From the IMG/VR virus record IMGVR_UViG_3300033122_000343: a stretch of DNA of 64,000 bases, one strand, 5' to 3'. Positions within the stretch are counted from its first letter, which is position 1, and each line of letters begins with the position of its first letter. The notes beneath the pieces are model-generated. The model ran no database searches, was not told the DNA's origin, and saw nothing but the letters and a program-made list of their open reading frames with translations. Source of the stretch: a virus (taxonomy: Duplodnaviria > Caudoviricetes). A program made the translations under genes and the position numbers. Positions 36,842 through 45,988 of the stretch are shown piece after piece.

Positions 36842-38494
36842 TTAGTAGTACTCCCACATAAAAGAACGAGTTCCGTATTCATCAACTTTCCATCTATCAC
36901 CATTTGAATCAACTTGATCATTATCATCATCTAATCCGTCACTTATAAAACCAAAAGGTGCCATATCCTGTTCAATTTGATTCCTTTGTTCTTCATACAT
37001 GCGTTTACGAACATCATTATCTGTCATTTCTTTGAAATAATCTTGCACTACTAACCATGAGAATATAACAAGGCACATTGCAAGATCATCATTACAACCT
37101 TCCTCCGCTTCAAATGATTGTTTTCTTTGAATGAAAGTTGTAAGTTCCGCTATAGTTTCATAATCACTGAGTAAAAGTTTGTCATCTTCAATTAAGGTTT
37201 TTAAATTAGAGCATCCTACTTTTTTAGTAGTAACACTCATTTTTACTCCTAATTGAGTTTTTTTACCACTGAATCCTGTTCCGACTATTTGACCTGCACG
37301 TCCTCTCATTGCACACATTAAAATATTTTCGTACTCTAAATCAAAATTTAGTATTGATGCAACTTGATCTCCAATATCATTCACTTCACATAAAATGTAA
37401 GCATCATTATATCCTTGAGCAACTTCATGAATAATATTAGGAAATAACATCGGTTTTATAGTGTTATTTCTATATCTTGCAACGACTCTGTATGGTATAG
37501 ATGTTGTGTCAAAAACTATAAATGCCGAATAGTCTTTTTGAATACCTCTTGCAACATCAACAGTAATAATGTAATCATGGTTTGGAATAGGTTCAGTATA
37601 AATTGCCAACCCACCGTTAATTGTTTTGGGGTCTTCATAAACCAATAATTTTAATTTTGACGCTGATATCAAAGTATCAACAGATCCTAAAAATTCACAT
37701 TCAAATTCAGTTCTGAATTGTTCTTCACTTGTGTTTTTTATAGTTTGTTCTTTCCACTCTGCATCTCGTCCTGGTACTTCTGACCAGTGAACTTCAGTAG
37801 GTATATAATCATTTCTTCCTCTTTCGGCATCATGCCAATATCTGTAAAAGTGGTTCATCCCGTGAGGGGTAGATACCATTATTACTTTTGTTGATTGACC
37901 AGAAGAGATAGTAGGATAAACTGAGGCAAAAAAGTCTTCAGCGATGTGATTCGGGATGAAAGCGAACTCGTCGAGGAAGATAATGTTGTAAGATCCACCC
38001 CTGACAGCACTTGCAGATGTAGAAGCAGCCAAAACTTTTGATCCATTTTCTAACTCCATTGATCCTTTGTTCCATGCTATAATACCTTGCTGCATCCATT
38101 TTGGTAGATTTTCATATGCTAACTGTAATCTTCCTAATAAATCTCTTGCAGTTGATGCTTTGTTTGCAAGAATAGCAACGTTTACATTATCATTAAAAAT
38201 CACATAATGTAATAAGTAAGATACACAGGTAGTTGATTTACCTGTCTGACGAGGCATCTTACATATATTAAATCTATTATTATGAAAATTTCTTATTAAT
38301 TTTTTTTGAAAGGGATACATGTCAAAAGGTATTAAACCTCTATCCACGTTCACTATTTGTACAAATTTTTCAGCAAAGTATACAGGATCATCTTTACATT
38401 TAAGAAACTCCTTTATATCATTTTCTGTAAATTCAATCCTTGTATTTACTTTTTTTAAATTAGGATTGCCTAGATATACTTCACTTGCTGGCAT
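36842..38494 (-). CDS. gp17: Terminase large subunit
   Basis: YLGNPNLK, PRQTGKST, FLDEFAF, VSTPHG, DDLAMCLV. Confidence 0.98.
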   Translation of the reverse strand: MPASEVYLGNPNLKKVNTRIEFTENDIKEFLKCKDDPVYFAEKFVQIVNVDRGLIPFDMYPFQKKLIRNFHNNRFNICKMPRQTGKSTTCVSYLLHYVIFNDNVNVAILANKASTARDLLGRLQLAYENLPKWMQQGIIAWNKGSMELENGSKVLAASTSASAVRGGSYNIIFLDEFAFIPNHIAEDFFASVYPTISSGQSTKVIMVSTPHGMNHFYRYWHDAERGRNDYIPTEVHWSEVPGRDAEWKEQTIKNTSEEQFRTEFECEFLGSVDTLISASKLKLLVYEDPKTINGGLAIYTEPIPNHDYIITVDVARGIQKDYSAFIVFDTTSIPYRVVARYRNNTIKPMLFPNIIHEVAQGYNDAYILCEVNDIGDQVASILNFDLEYENILMCAMRGRAGQIVGTGFSGKKTQLGVKMSVTTKKVGCSNLKTLIEDDKLLLSDYETIAELTTFIQRKQSFEAEEGCNDDLAMCLVIFSWLVVQDYFKEMTDNDVRKRMYEEQRNQIEQDMAPFGFISDGLDDDNDQVDSNGDRWKVDEYGTRSFMWEYY

Positions 38495-38498
38495 AGGG

Positions 38499-38660
38499 TT
38501 ATAGTTTTATCTCTCTACATGCAATCATACCTCTTGCATACATCTTACAATTGAATGCTTTATCTTCATCCTTACTTAATAAAAAAATAATAGCGGTGAG
38601 TTGAACCATTATGGCAACTGGCACCACTATTTTTATTAATGTTTTTGAATTAACATTCAT
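38499..38660 (-). CDS. 53-aa membrane peptide with Cys pair, missed by ORF track
   Basis: Manually read MNVNSKTLIKIVVPVAIMVQLTAIIFLLSKDEDKAFNCKMYARGMIACREIKL; TGATG coupling. Confidence 0.6.
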   Translation of the reverse strand: MNVNSKTLIKIVVPVAIMVQLTAIIFLLSKDEDKAFNCKMYARGMIACREIKL

Positions 38661-39871
38661 CAGCAATTCCACTTTCTAAGTGCTTTATTAATCCTAGAAT
38701 TTGGATCTCTTGCAGTTTTAGCACTTGTTAATTTCTTTTTCATCCCTTTCATTCTAGAGCAGAATGATTTCCTACGGGGGTTTCCAACCTTCTTGCTAGG
38801 TGCTTTAAGGTCAGATCCAGGATTTTCCCGTTCGTAACTTTTTCTGCCTTTTTCATTAAGTCCTCCCGATTTGTTTTTACCTGCTTTTCTTTGCCATGCT
38901 GCGACTTCATTTTGGAACTCCGTAAATTTTTTAAATTCGTATTCTTCTTTTTTAGAGGAATTACCCCAATTCGCTGCACCAACTTTGCGACACTTTACAA
39001 GAGCACCAGAGGCATAAGCACTTGGCCATACTGAGTAGCGTGATTTTACTTTATGATAGCATGCATCTTTAGTTCCACTACCTTTGCCTTTAATGTCTTT
39101 TTCAAGTAAAGTTTCTTCTTTCATTTTCTTTTTACGAGGACTATCGGTTCTAACATATGTAGGTTTTGCAGCACCAGTTTTTGATTGTTGACCAGGATCT
39201 GCTTTCTTTTTCCTACGAGCAGCAGACAATCTTTCCGCTTTTGTCATACTTGCTCTCTTTGATGAAGACACACATTTAGGTGTCCCTTCACCAGGTTTAT
39301 CACTCGCACATGTACCTCCAGTCACTACATTAACCCAACCACCTTTTCCATCTTTGGATTTTGATCCAGAAAACCATTTATGTAATGATCCTTCCATTGC
39401 TTGTTTGCGAATTGTGGCGAAATATACTTTCTTTCCCTCTTCTTTTCCATACTGCTTTTGCATATTTTTTTTCATGCCTGAATCATCATATTTTTTCTTC
39501 AACATGGTGTCTTTTCTTTTCTGAGCAGAAGTCATAGTCACCTCGTTCATTGCCTTCTCCAAATCATCCGCTTGTTTTGCATGTGTTTTGGAACCCTTTC
39601 TGAGTTTTCCGACTAATTTTTTAACAAAGGGTCTATCATTTTTGTTAAGTTCTTCGCTCATCCCGCCACCATTTCCACCGTTTCCACCATTTCCATTACC
39701 ATTTCCATTACCATTACCGTTGCCATTACCATTTTTCTTTCCATTAGATTTTGAATCATCATCTTTATCTGGGTAAAGATAACCTCTCATTCCAACATGA
39801 TAACCACGGGGAATTTTTTTACATTTTTTGTCTGTGTTACAATAGTAGTAACCAGATTTACAGGTTTTCAT
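38660..39871 (-). CDS. Lys-rich modular late protein (putative internal head polyprotein)
   Basis: 403 aa; Cys-rich N-module, (GN)n linker, several basic modules, C-terminal AWQRK..GGLN..G...SFC.RM...SRINKALRKW.C module; late promoter 39888-39894. Confidence 0.8.
   Translation of the reverse strand: MKTCKSGYYYCNTDKKCKKIPRGYHVGMRGYLYPDKDDDSKSNGKKNGNGNGNGNGNGNGNGGNGGNGGGMSEELNKNDRPFVKKLVGKLRKGSKTHAKQADDLEKAMNEVTMTSAQKRKDTMLKKKYDDSGMKKNMQKQYGKEEGKKVYFATIRKQAMEGSLHKWFSGSKSKDGKGGWVNVVTGGTCASDKPGEGTPKCVSSSKRASMTKAERLSAARRKKKADPGQQSKTGAAKPTYVRTDSPRKKKMKEETLLEKDIKGKGSGTKDACYHKVKSRYSVWPSAYASGALVKCRKVGAANWGNSSKKEEYEFKKFTEFQNEVAAWQRKAGKNKSGGLNEKGRKSYERENPGSDLKAPSKKVGNPRRKSFCSRMKGMKKKLTSAKTARDPNSRINKALRKWNC
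39660..39735 (-). repeat. low-complexity Gly-Asn coding repeat
   Basis: NGNGNGNGNGNGNGGNGGNGGG. Confidence 0.8.
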
Positions 39872-40266
39872 TTTTCCTCCGCATCATTATTTAGAATTCC
39901 TTTCTTTAAAATTTTTTGTAATTCTGATGTGCTACCTACAAATAATGCATTATTAACCGTGTTAGGACCTGACTTTTGAGGTTTTTCAATGTCCTTCATT
40001 TTCTTTTGTAAATCAAGAAGTTTATCTGTAACATCTCCTACACTTTTTATTAATTGACCTGCAACTTCATATGCTCTTGGATGTTGAGAATCTTGACATA
40101 CATCCATAATTCCATCAATTGCTTCTTGACCTTTTTCTACAAGATTATATAATTGACCACGAGAATATTCAAAATCGTCTTGAGGAGTATCCTTAATTTT
40201 TTTAGGAGTCTCCTTTACAATTTTTGCTTTTACATTAAGTGCTCTATCAATACTTTCTTGATTCAT
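39868..40266 (-). CDS. gp16: Terminase small subunit
   Basis: D.EYSR..LY.L.EKG, HPRAYEVAGQLIK, NNALFVGST.ELQK. Confidence 0.94.
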   Translation of the reverse strand: MNQESIDRALNVKAKIVKETPKKIKDTPQDDFEYSRGQLYNLVEKGQEAIDGIMDVCQDSQHPRAYEVAGQLIKSVGDVTDKLLDLQKKMKDIEKPQKSGPNTVNNALFVGSTSELQKILKKGILNNDAEEK

Positions 40267-40268
40267 AA

Positions 40269-41315
40269 TTAAACATCTGTTCCTTGAGATGGACTAAATT
40301 CTTTATAATCTTGGAAGAATGATATGTCAGAATCAAATCCAAAATCATCTCCTATTTCAATAGCAGCGTTATCAGCAGCATTAATCAAATCTAATTGATC
40401 ACCAGTGAAGTGTTCTTGAATAGTTGTTCCAAAAGCACCTCTTTCCACGATAACGTTGTTACCATCAATTGACTCTACTCTCATAGTCTCTTGATTTACT
40501 CTTATATATTCAAATTTTTCAATTAAGGCAGCGTTAACTACTTTAAGAAGAGTTTGACGTGTATTGATGTTTCCAGACAAAGAGGTAGTATTATCATCGT
40601 TGTAATCCTTAGTTGCTTGTGGTGTAATAACATATCTTACCTCTCTTGGTGCCTTAATATTTGTAGCATAATCTATTTGAACACGTTTAATAATACCTCC
40701 ACTTTCATCAGTAGGAATTTCATTGTAGAAGTATGTTTTTGCTAAAAAATCTAATTCATAAGTTATTGCCCTTCTTTCACCAAAATCACCTTCATACTCA
40801 TCTTTAAATGAAATGTTTGTCAATGTAAATGGAATATCTTTTTTCTCCTCGTGACCTTGAAGTATATTCATTGTCACACTGTAATGAGGTTGAAAAAATG
40901 GAAGTATTTGTTCTAAAATTTGAAGAACATCATCTTGCAATTTTGCTGCAAAACTTAATCTGAATCCTATGTCATAAGGCACAGGCATAAACACTTTTTT
41001 TATTTTACTTTTATCAGAATTTTCTTTTAATATAAACTTAGTAATTGGTGCTGCTTTTCTTGAAGGATCATATGCGTAGGATGTGATTTCAAATGAAAGT
41101 CTAGGAAGTGTAAAATTATTTTTTTCTAAGTCTGGTTGTTGCTCTATTCTCGCTAAAAACTTTTGCATAGGACCGTATGCAATAGGAACTTTTATAGTCT
41201 TAAGAGTATTGCCTGTAGCATCATCTGTTTTTTTAATATAAATGTTGTTGAAAAGAGTTCCGAAAGCAATTACAGTCTTTCTAATAGTTTCGTTGTAAAA
41301 ATAATTGCCTATCAT
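40269..41315 (-). CDS. gp15: Tail sheath stabiliser/terminator
   Basis: FGTLFNNI, VPIAYGP.QKFLAR, LPRLSFE, QILEQILPFFQP. Confidence 0.94.
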   Translation of the reverse strand: MIGNYFYNETIRKTVIAFGTLFNNIYIKKTDDATGNTLKTIKVPIAYGPMQKFLARIEQQPDLEKNNFTLPRLSFEITSYAYDPSRKAAPITKFILKENSDKSKIKKVFMPVPYDIGFRLSFAAKLQDDVLQILEQILPFFQPHYSVTMNILQGHEEKKDIPFTLTNISFKDEYEGDFGERRAITYELDFLAKTYFYNEIPTDESGGIIKRVQIDYATNIKAPREVRYVITPQATKDYNDDNTTSLSGNINTRQTLLKVVNAALIEKFEYIRVNQETMRVESIDGNNVIVERGAFGTTIQEHFTGDQLDLINAADNAAIEIGDDFGFDSDISFFQDYKEFSPSQGTDV

Positions 41316-42706
41316 AATTCACCAAAGGGATTCTGTTCTGTAAAATCTAATATTGAATCACCAGAAGATTGAAAGTCAACATTTTGATCATATGTTGCAG
41401 TGTCATCATCGTAGTTAATAGTATTTATCCTATATGCGTTAGTGTCAGTCGTTGCTCTTGCATATCCAACAAGTATTTCATTAGGAGTAAATTTACCAGT
41501 AAGATCTTTTACTTTCAAAATTCTTGTAGAAGCATCCCACTGAGTAACGTAAGCAGATGTTTTACTGAGGGAACCAGTTACATTCGTTCCAAAATAATAT
41601 GTACCTATACCTATTGTTCCAGCAGCAGATACAACGACTGATGGAGTTGCTGTATAACCATAACCTGCATTTAATAATCTAATCGCTGATAATGAACCAG
41701 AACCATCTAAAACGGCAGTTGCAATAGCAGTGACTCCACCAGCAGGTGGGTCTGAAATAGTTACTAATGGTGGTGTCACATAATCTTGTCCCACTAATGT
41801 TATAGTGACGATTCCCACTGATCCAGTTGTTCCTATTCCAGCAATTGCTTCAGCACCAGATCCTTCTCCATCAGATGATGTTATAAAGACCTTCGGTATA
41901 CTAGTATAACCAAAACCAGGATCACTTATTCTTATCTCTTGTAATGATTGTGTGCCACCTGAATTTGTCGTCATGATTCCAAAAGCAGATGCTTTTCTTC
42001 CGACTAGATGTTTTGGAGGAGAAATTCTTATATCAGGTGTAGTAGTATATCCAACTCCTTCATTTATAACATCAATTTTATGTACGCCTCCATTGACTAG
42101 ACTTGTAAATGCAGTCGCTGTTGTACCAATTCCTGTCATGGTAAGGGTTGCGTTATATCCTATTGTTTCAAAATCATCATCAATTGCATCTATACCAGTT
42201 GCAATTTTTTCATCACCATATTCAAACACTTCACATTTCAAAACATATATGTAATTTTCTTGCAATTGAAAGAATTGACTTTCATGCTCTACATATTTTA
42301 TTTCAAATAAAGTATCACCCAATGGAAAATATATTAAATCACCCTCTAATGGTCTAGTGGGTGCTTTAGATAATCCAGTTTCGTCACTAGCGAGTAATGG
42401 TGTTATGTATTCTTCATATCTTCTTTGTGATATTACTATATCAAGTGATGCTGTAGACTTTACACCAAACTTTGTTAATAAATTATGATCAGCAGCGTAA
42501 CCATTATAATTTTCTATGTAACCCTCCAAAGGGAATGACATCGTGAAATCAGATACATTAGTTTCACGCATGATGGATTTAGTATTAGTGAATTTCCTTG
42601 GCATGTAAGTAAATTCAATACCATGCATTCTGATATGCTCATCCACCAGATCTTGAATAAGATTCTGTTCACTCTTTACACCCTGAGTTAAAAAATTATT
42701 GAGCAT
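41312..42706 (-). CDS. gp14: Neck protein with internal beta-repeat insertion
   Basis: EQNLIQDL..E, LTKFG, RP.EGDLIYFP, FEIKYVEHE, DFTEQNPFG. Confidence 0.93.
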   Translation of the reverse strand: MLNNFLTQGVKSEQNLIQDLVDEHIRMHGIEFTYMPRKFTNTKSIMRETNVSDFTMSFPLEGYIENYNGYAADHNLLTKFGVKSTASLDIVISQRRYEEYITPLLASDETGLSKAPTRPLEGDLIYFPLGDTLFEIKYVEHESQFFQLQENYIYVLKCEVFEYGDEKIATGIDAIDDDFETIGYNATLTMTGIGTTATAFTSLVNGGVHKIDVINEGVGYTTTPDIRISPPKHLVGRKASAFGIMTTNSGGTQSLQEIRISDPGFGYTSIPKVFITSSDGEGSGAEAIAGIGTTGSVGIVTITLVGQDYVTPPLVTISDPPAGGVTAIATAVLDGSGSLSAIRLLNAGYGYTATPSVVVSAAGTIGIGTYYFGTNVTGSLSKTSAYVTQWDASTRILKVKDLTGKFTPNEILVGYARATTDTNAYRINTINYDDDTATYDQNVDFQSSGDSILDFTEQNPFGEL

Positions 42707-43551
42707 TATCCAACAAAATCTAAAGGCGGTATCTCATAGTATGTTTGCATTTTTTCTTCTAGAGCTTGTATCTCTCTGACACCATCTTCATATATTTCTC
42801 TACCATTTAATTCAACTCCACCTGGCAATTTTACACCCCTAAATTTTGTAAGATTTATACCCCATTGTTTTTTCATCAACGCTGTAAAATATTTTTTTAC
42901 AAATGGATCATTATAAACTTTAGTAAATGTATCAGGATCTAAAACTCTGTAGCACTGAATTATTAAGTAATCATCTGGTCTCATGCTTGAAGAGTCAGTA
43001 TCAATATATAATCTACTTTGTCTTCTATTAAATCTTATTTGTTTATCAGGGTGTAATATAAAATCCAAATCTTCCAAGTATCTCTTAGTCATTGTGTAAC
43101 TAAGAAGTTCCATAGAACTAAAATAATAAATTTCATTTAAAAATAGTTGGTAATTAACATTAAACATGTTTGTGCTAATTGCCCTATTATCTAATTTAAA
43201 AACTTTTTCAATTCCTATTACTGCATCTGGTATCTGAATAAAATTTTGAGTTTCTTCAAGTGTAAAAGTAGTTGTCCCAATTCCTGTAACACTTGCTGAT
43301 GTAGTTGTAGTGGTCAAACCAACAGAATCTACATCTCCTCCTGCTTTTACAGCATCAATAAAACCTTGAGTTATTTTATATTTCATATACATCAATTCGA
43401 CACCATCGTAATGACGATCTTGATATACCTGAATAGTATCGTCTATCAGATCTTCTATCTGCTCATCTGCAATATTGATTTCTAATACAGGAAAACCTAG
43501 TTGTCTTTTTCCATATTCAACTAAACCTGCCCTCGTGCTAGGCGATGCCAT
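42706..43551 (-). CDS. gp13: Neck protein
   Basis: LGFPVLEIN, KKQWG.NL.KF.GVKLPGGVELNG. Confidence 0.95.
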   Translation of the reverse strand: MASPSTRAGLVEYGKRQLGFPVLEINIADEQIEDLIDDTIQVYQDRHYDGVELMYMKYKITQGFIDAVKAGGDVDSVGLTTTTTSASVTGIGTTTFTLEETQNFIQIPDAVIGIEKVFKLDNRAISTNMFNVNYQLFLNEIYYFSSMELLSYTMTKRYLEDLDFILHPDKQIRFNRRQSRLYIDTDSSSMRPDDYLIIQCYRVLDPDTFTKVYNDPFVKKYFTALMKKQWGINLTKFRGVKLPGGVELNGREIYEDGVREIQALEEKMQTYYEIPPLDFVG

Positions 43552-43576
43552 ATTTATACACAGTTTTCTTTATTTA

Positions 43577-44113
43577 TTAGTCAAACCTAACTATATCTAT
43601 TTCATCTCCTATAGTTGCAGCAGAAACTAAAGTTATTGAAGCACCAGATTTACTAAAGTCTGTAGTTGGTCTAATTTTTACTCCATTAATAAAAACTTGA
43701 ATATATGTTGGTAGACTTGATGAGGCAGTGAAAACCGTTTGACCTTGTGTAGCAGTAAATGTTTCTTCGGTAAATGTAACACTTGCAGCACTACCAAATA
43801 CTACATTTGTTCCATCACTTTTTAGAACCGTATCCTGTGCTCCTATAGTGGATGGCATATTATAATTACCAACTGTCAATCCATCAACTCTTACATCGCC
43901 ACTATATGAAATACCTGCCCCCACACCATTCGGTTCATTCCATGGATTTATTCTTGTTACCGTTGTTGCTACACCTACTGAAGATTGATCTTGTCTGATA
44001 TACAGATCACCATCAAAGGTGTTCATGGCAATTTCGCCAAGTTCTATATTTGCAAGCGAGGGACTTTTACCAGCGACAGAAGATCGCTTAAATTTTATAT
44101 TTGGAGATGCCAT
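43577..44113 (-). CDS. Short fibre-like structural protein
   Basis: N-terminal IKFKRS..G..P.....GEIA.N..DG.LY fibre-collar motif; C-terminal ATQGQT.F..VFINGV domain also present in the long fibre. Confidence 0.7.
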   Translation of the reverse strand: MASPNIKFKRSSVAGKSPSLANIELGEIAMNTFDGDLYIRQDQSSVGVATTVTRINPWNEPNGVGAGISYSGDVRVDGLTVGNYNMPSTIGAQDTVLKSDGTNVVFGSAASVTFTEETFTATQGQTVFTASSSLPTYIQVFINGVKIRPTTDFSKSGASITLVSAATIGDEIDIVRFD

Positions 44114-44138
44114 ACTATTATTGGTATATACTCATTAA

Positions 44139-44156
44139 ATCTGATATATATCAGAT
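44139..44156. repeat. perfect 18-bp palindrome in 5' UTR of short fibre gene
   Basis: ATCTGATATATATCAGAT. Confidence 0.85.
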
Positions 44157-44167
44157 ATTATTATTAT

Positions 44168-44392
44168 TTAGAATTTACCGCCATCAGATGGTTTTGCTGG
44201 TTTTTTTGGTCTAGGAGATTTTTTTTCTAATTCAAGTATTTTTTCATTTAATTGATTGTTATTATTACTTAACATCTCAATCGTTTGACGATATTTTAAT
44301 TCTCTCGATTCAAGAGCAATTACCTGATTAATAAGATTAGTATATTTATTTTGATATATTGTAATCAAATTTTTGTAATCTTGTTCATCCAT
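44168..44392 (-). CDS. small coiled-coil hypothetical protein
   Basis: 74 aa heptad-like, ends DGGKF; late promoter 44413-44419. Confidence 0.7.
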   Translation of the reverse strand: MDEQDYKNLITIYQNKYTNLINQVIALESRELKYRQTIEMLSNNNNQLNEKILELEKKSPRPKKPAKPSDGGKF

Positions 44393-44425
44393 AAAAAAAT
44401 CATTAACTGCCCTATTTAGTGCATT

Positions 44426-44674
44426 TTAAGTTGTCTTATTTCTAGTAGAAGTTATACCACAAGCAGGTTTAGGTATTGTATTAATATACCCGTCACAATC
44501 AGTCTGTTCTATGACGTTACAATATTCAATGCTAGTGATTTTAATATCATAGTAATTTTCTAATGACTCAATAATAAAGTCACTTGACTCAAAAAGATAA
44601 CACCCTTTTGATAATATACTCCATAGATCATGAGAATATGGTTCAAAATTTATTTTTTCAATTACAAATAACAT
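44426..44674 (-). CDS. hypothetical protein
   Basis: 82-aa ORF overlapping the radical SAM stop. Confidence 0.6.
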   Translation of the reverse strand: MLFVIEKINFEPYSHDLWSILSKGCYLFESSDFIIESLENYYDIKITSIEYCNVIEQTDCDGYINTIPKPACGITSTRNKTT

Positions 44675-45963
44675 GCTATTTCAGGAAATATTGTTCTCCA
44701 ATTAGTACCTCTTGATTTATCAAGTGCATCGAAGTATTTGATCCCTAACTCAAAACTATGTTGATCTCTTGGTTGCATCATATCGTCATAAACATATTGT
44801 GATATAGATTTTATATCATCACCTATCTCTTCTTTTATTTTATCGGGTAAATGTCTAGTCTGACAAAATTTAGGGTTCTCAATTTTATTCAGCATTGTTG
44901 TTGTATCAGTATATAAATTCATCTTCCTCATAAACTCAACTGTTTCTTTGAGTTTATAAATGCCTAACAAACTAGGTGTGATTGTGACTTCTATTTTTCC
45001 AAGTTTCCATTCTCTTTTAACATGATCTTGGGAGTTTTTATTTTTTATGTATGAAAATAATCTTTTTCTTTTAAAATACTTGTTTTCCTTACTATTGTAA
45101 AAATAATCTCTTACATCCAATACATTTTTCAATGTAATATCCCACTTAGTAGGATATCTCAACCAGTGATTTCTCTCTCCTAATCCATCCACACTCCAAT
45201 TTACAGAAACCCACTTGAAAGCATCAATATATTTTTTCATTTTTTTAAGATTAAAAAGAGTAAAGTTAGTCACATACATAAGTTCTATATTTTTTGCTTG
45301 ATCTGTTTCTATCAAGGCATCAAGTATATCAAAATGAGATACCATTGTCATTGGTTCACCACCACAAAATGCAAGGGTTTTAATATTCTTACCATGACAT
45401 ACGAGATCATCAACAAATAATTTCCATTGGTCTGGATTTGATTTTTTTACATCTTTATGAGCAAATGATATTCTTTGTACTAATCCCCTCCATATGGGAT
45501 CCATTTTTTTTAATCTTTCTATTCTTCTGCTTGAATTATCAGGTTGGCACTCATAACATTCTAAATTACAGTAATTACCAAAAGCATTTAGTTCTAACTT
45601 TAAAAACCTATCATCAGTATCAACCATTTTACCATCAACATCAAAGTTCCTCAATACACTCCAATCATGTTTCATTTGAGTGCGTGTTGATTTACCAATT
45701 TCTTTTTCATTACGCAAACATATTTTACACATACTCTTTATTTCTGGACTCATATTACCTGCTAACATATCTTTTCTAATCTGATTAAATATTTTACTTT
45801 TAAAATATTCAATAGGTGAGGTATTTTGAGGACCACAAATTGATTCAGTTTTTGCCCAACAACATGGTTGATAATTTAATCCAGGAGCATTTCTTAATTG
45901 AGAAAATGGTAGACTACATAATACAGGATTACCTTCCTGTGGATTTTCAAGTGTTTCTTCCAT
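44662..45963 (-). CDS. Radical SAM protein with N-terminal Cys-rich (twitch-like) region
   Basis: CSLPF..PCC..CKIC N-terminus; GNYCNLECYEC; GGEP; YVTN; WSVDG; LRYP. Confidence 0.85.
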   Translation of the reverse strand: MEETLENPQEGNPVLCSLPFSQLRNAPGLNYQPCCWAKTESICGPQNTSPIEYFKSKIFNQIRKDMLAGNMSPEIKSMCKICLRNEKEIGKSTRTQMKHDWSVLRNFDVDGKMVDTDDRFLKLELNAFGNYCNLECYECQPDNSSRRIERLKKMDPIWRGLVQRISFAHKDVKKSNPDQWKLFVDDLVCHGKNIKTLAFCGGEPMTMVSHFDILDALIETDQAKNIELMYVTNFTLFNLKKMKKYIDAFKWVSVNWSVDGLGERNHWLRYPTKWDITLKNVLDVRDYFYNSKENKYFKRKRLFSYIKNKNSQDHVKREWKLGKIEVTITPSLLGIYKLKETVEFMRKMNLYTDTTTMLNKIENPKFCQTRHLPDKIKEEIGDDIKSISQYVYDDMMQPRDQHSFELGIKYFDALDKSRGTNWRTIFPEIACYL

Positions 45964-45988
45964 ACATATAGTTTATCAATTATAAAAT

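Noticed and set aside
40269-42706. Longer-than-T4 gp14 and gp15
   Set aside because: Such insertions and extensions are common in cyanophage homologues
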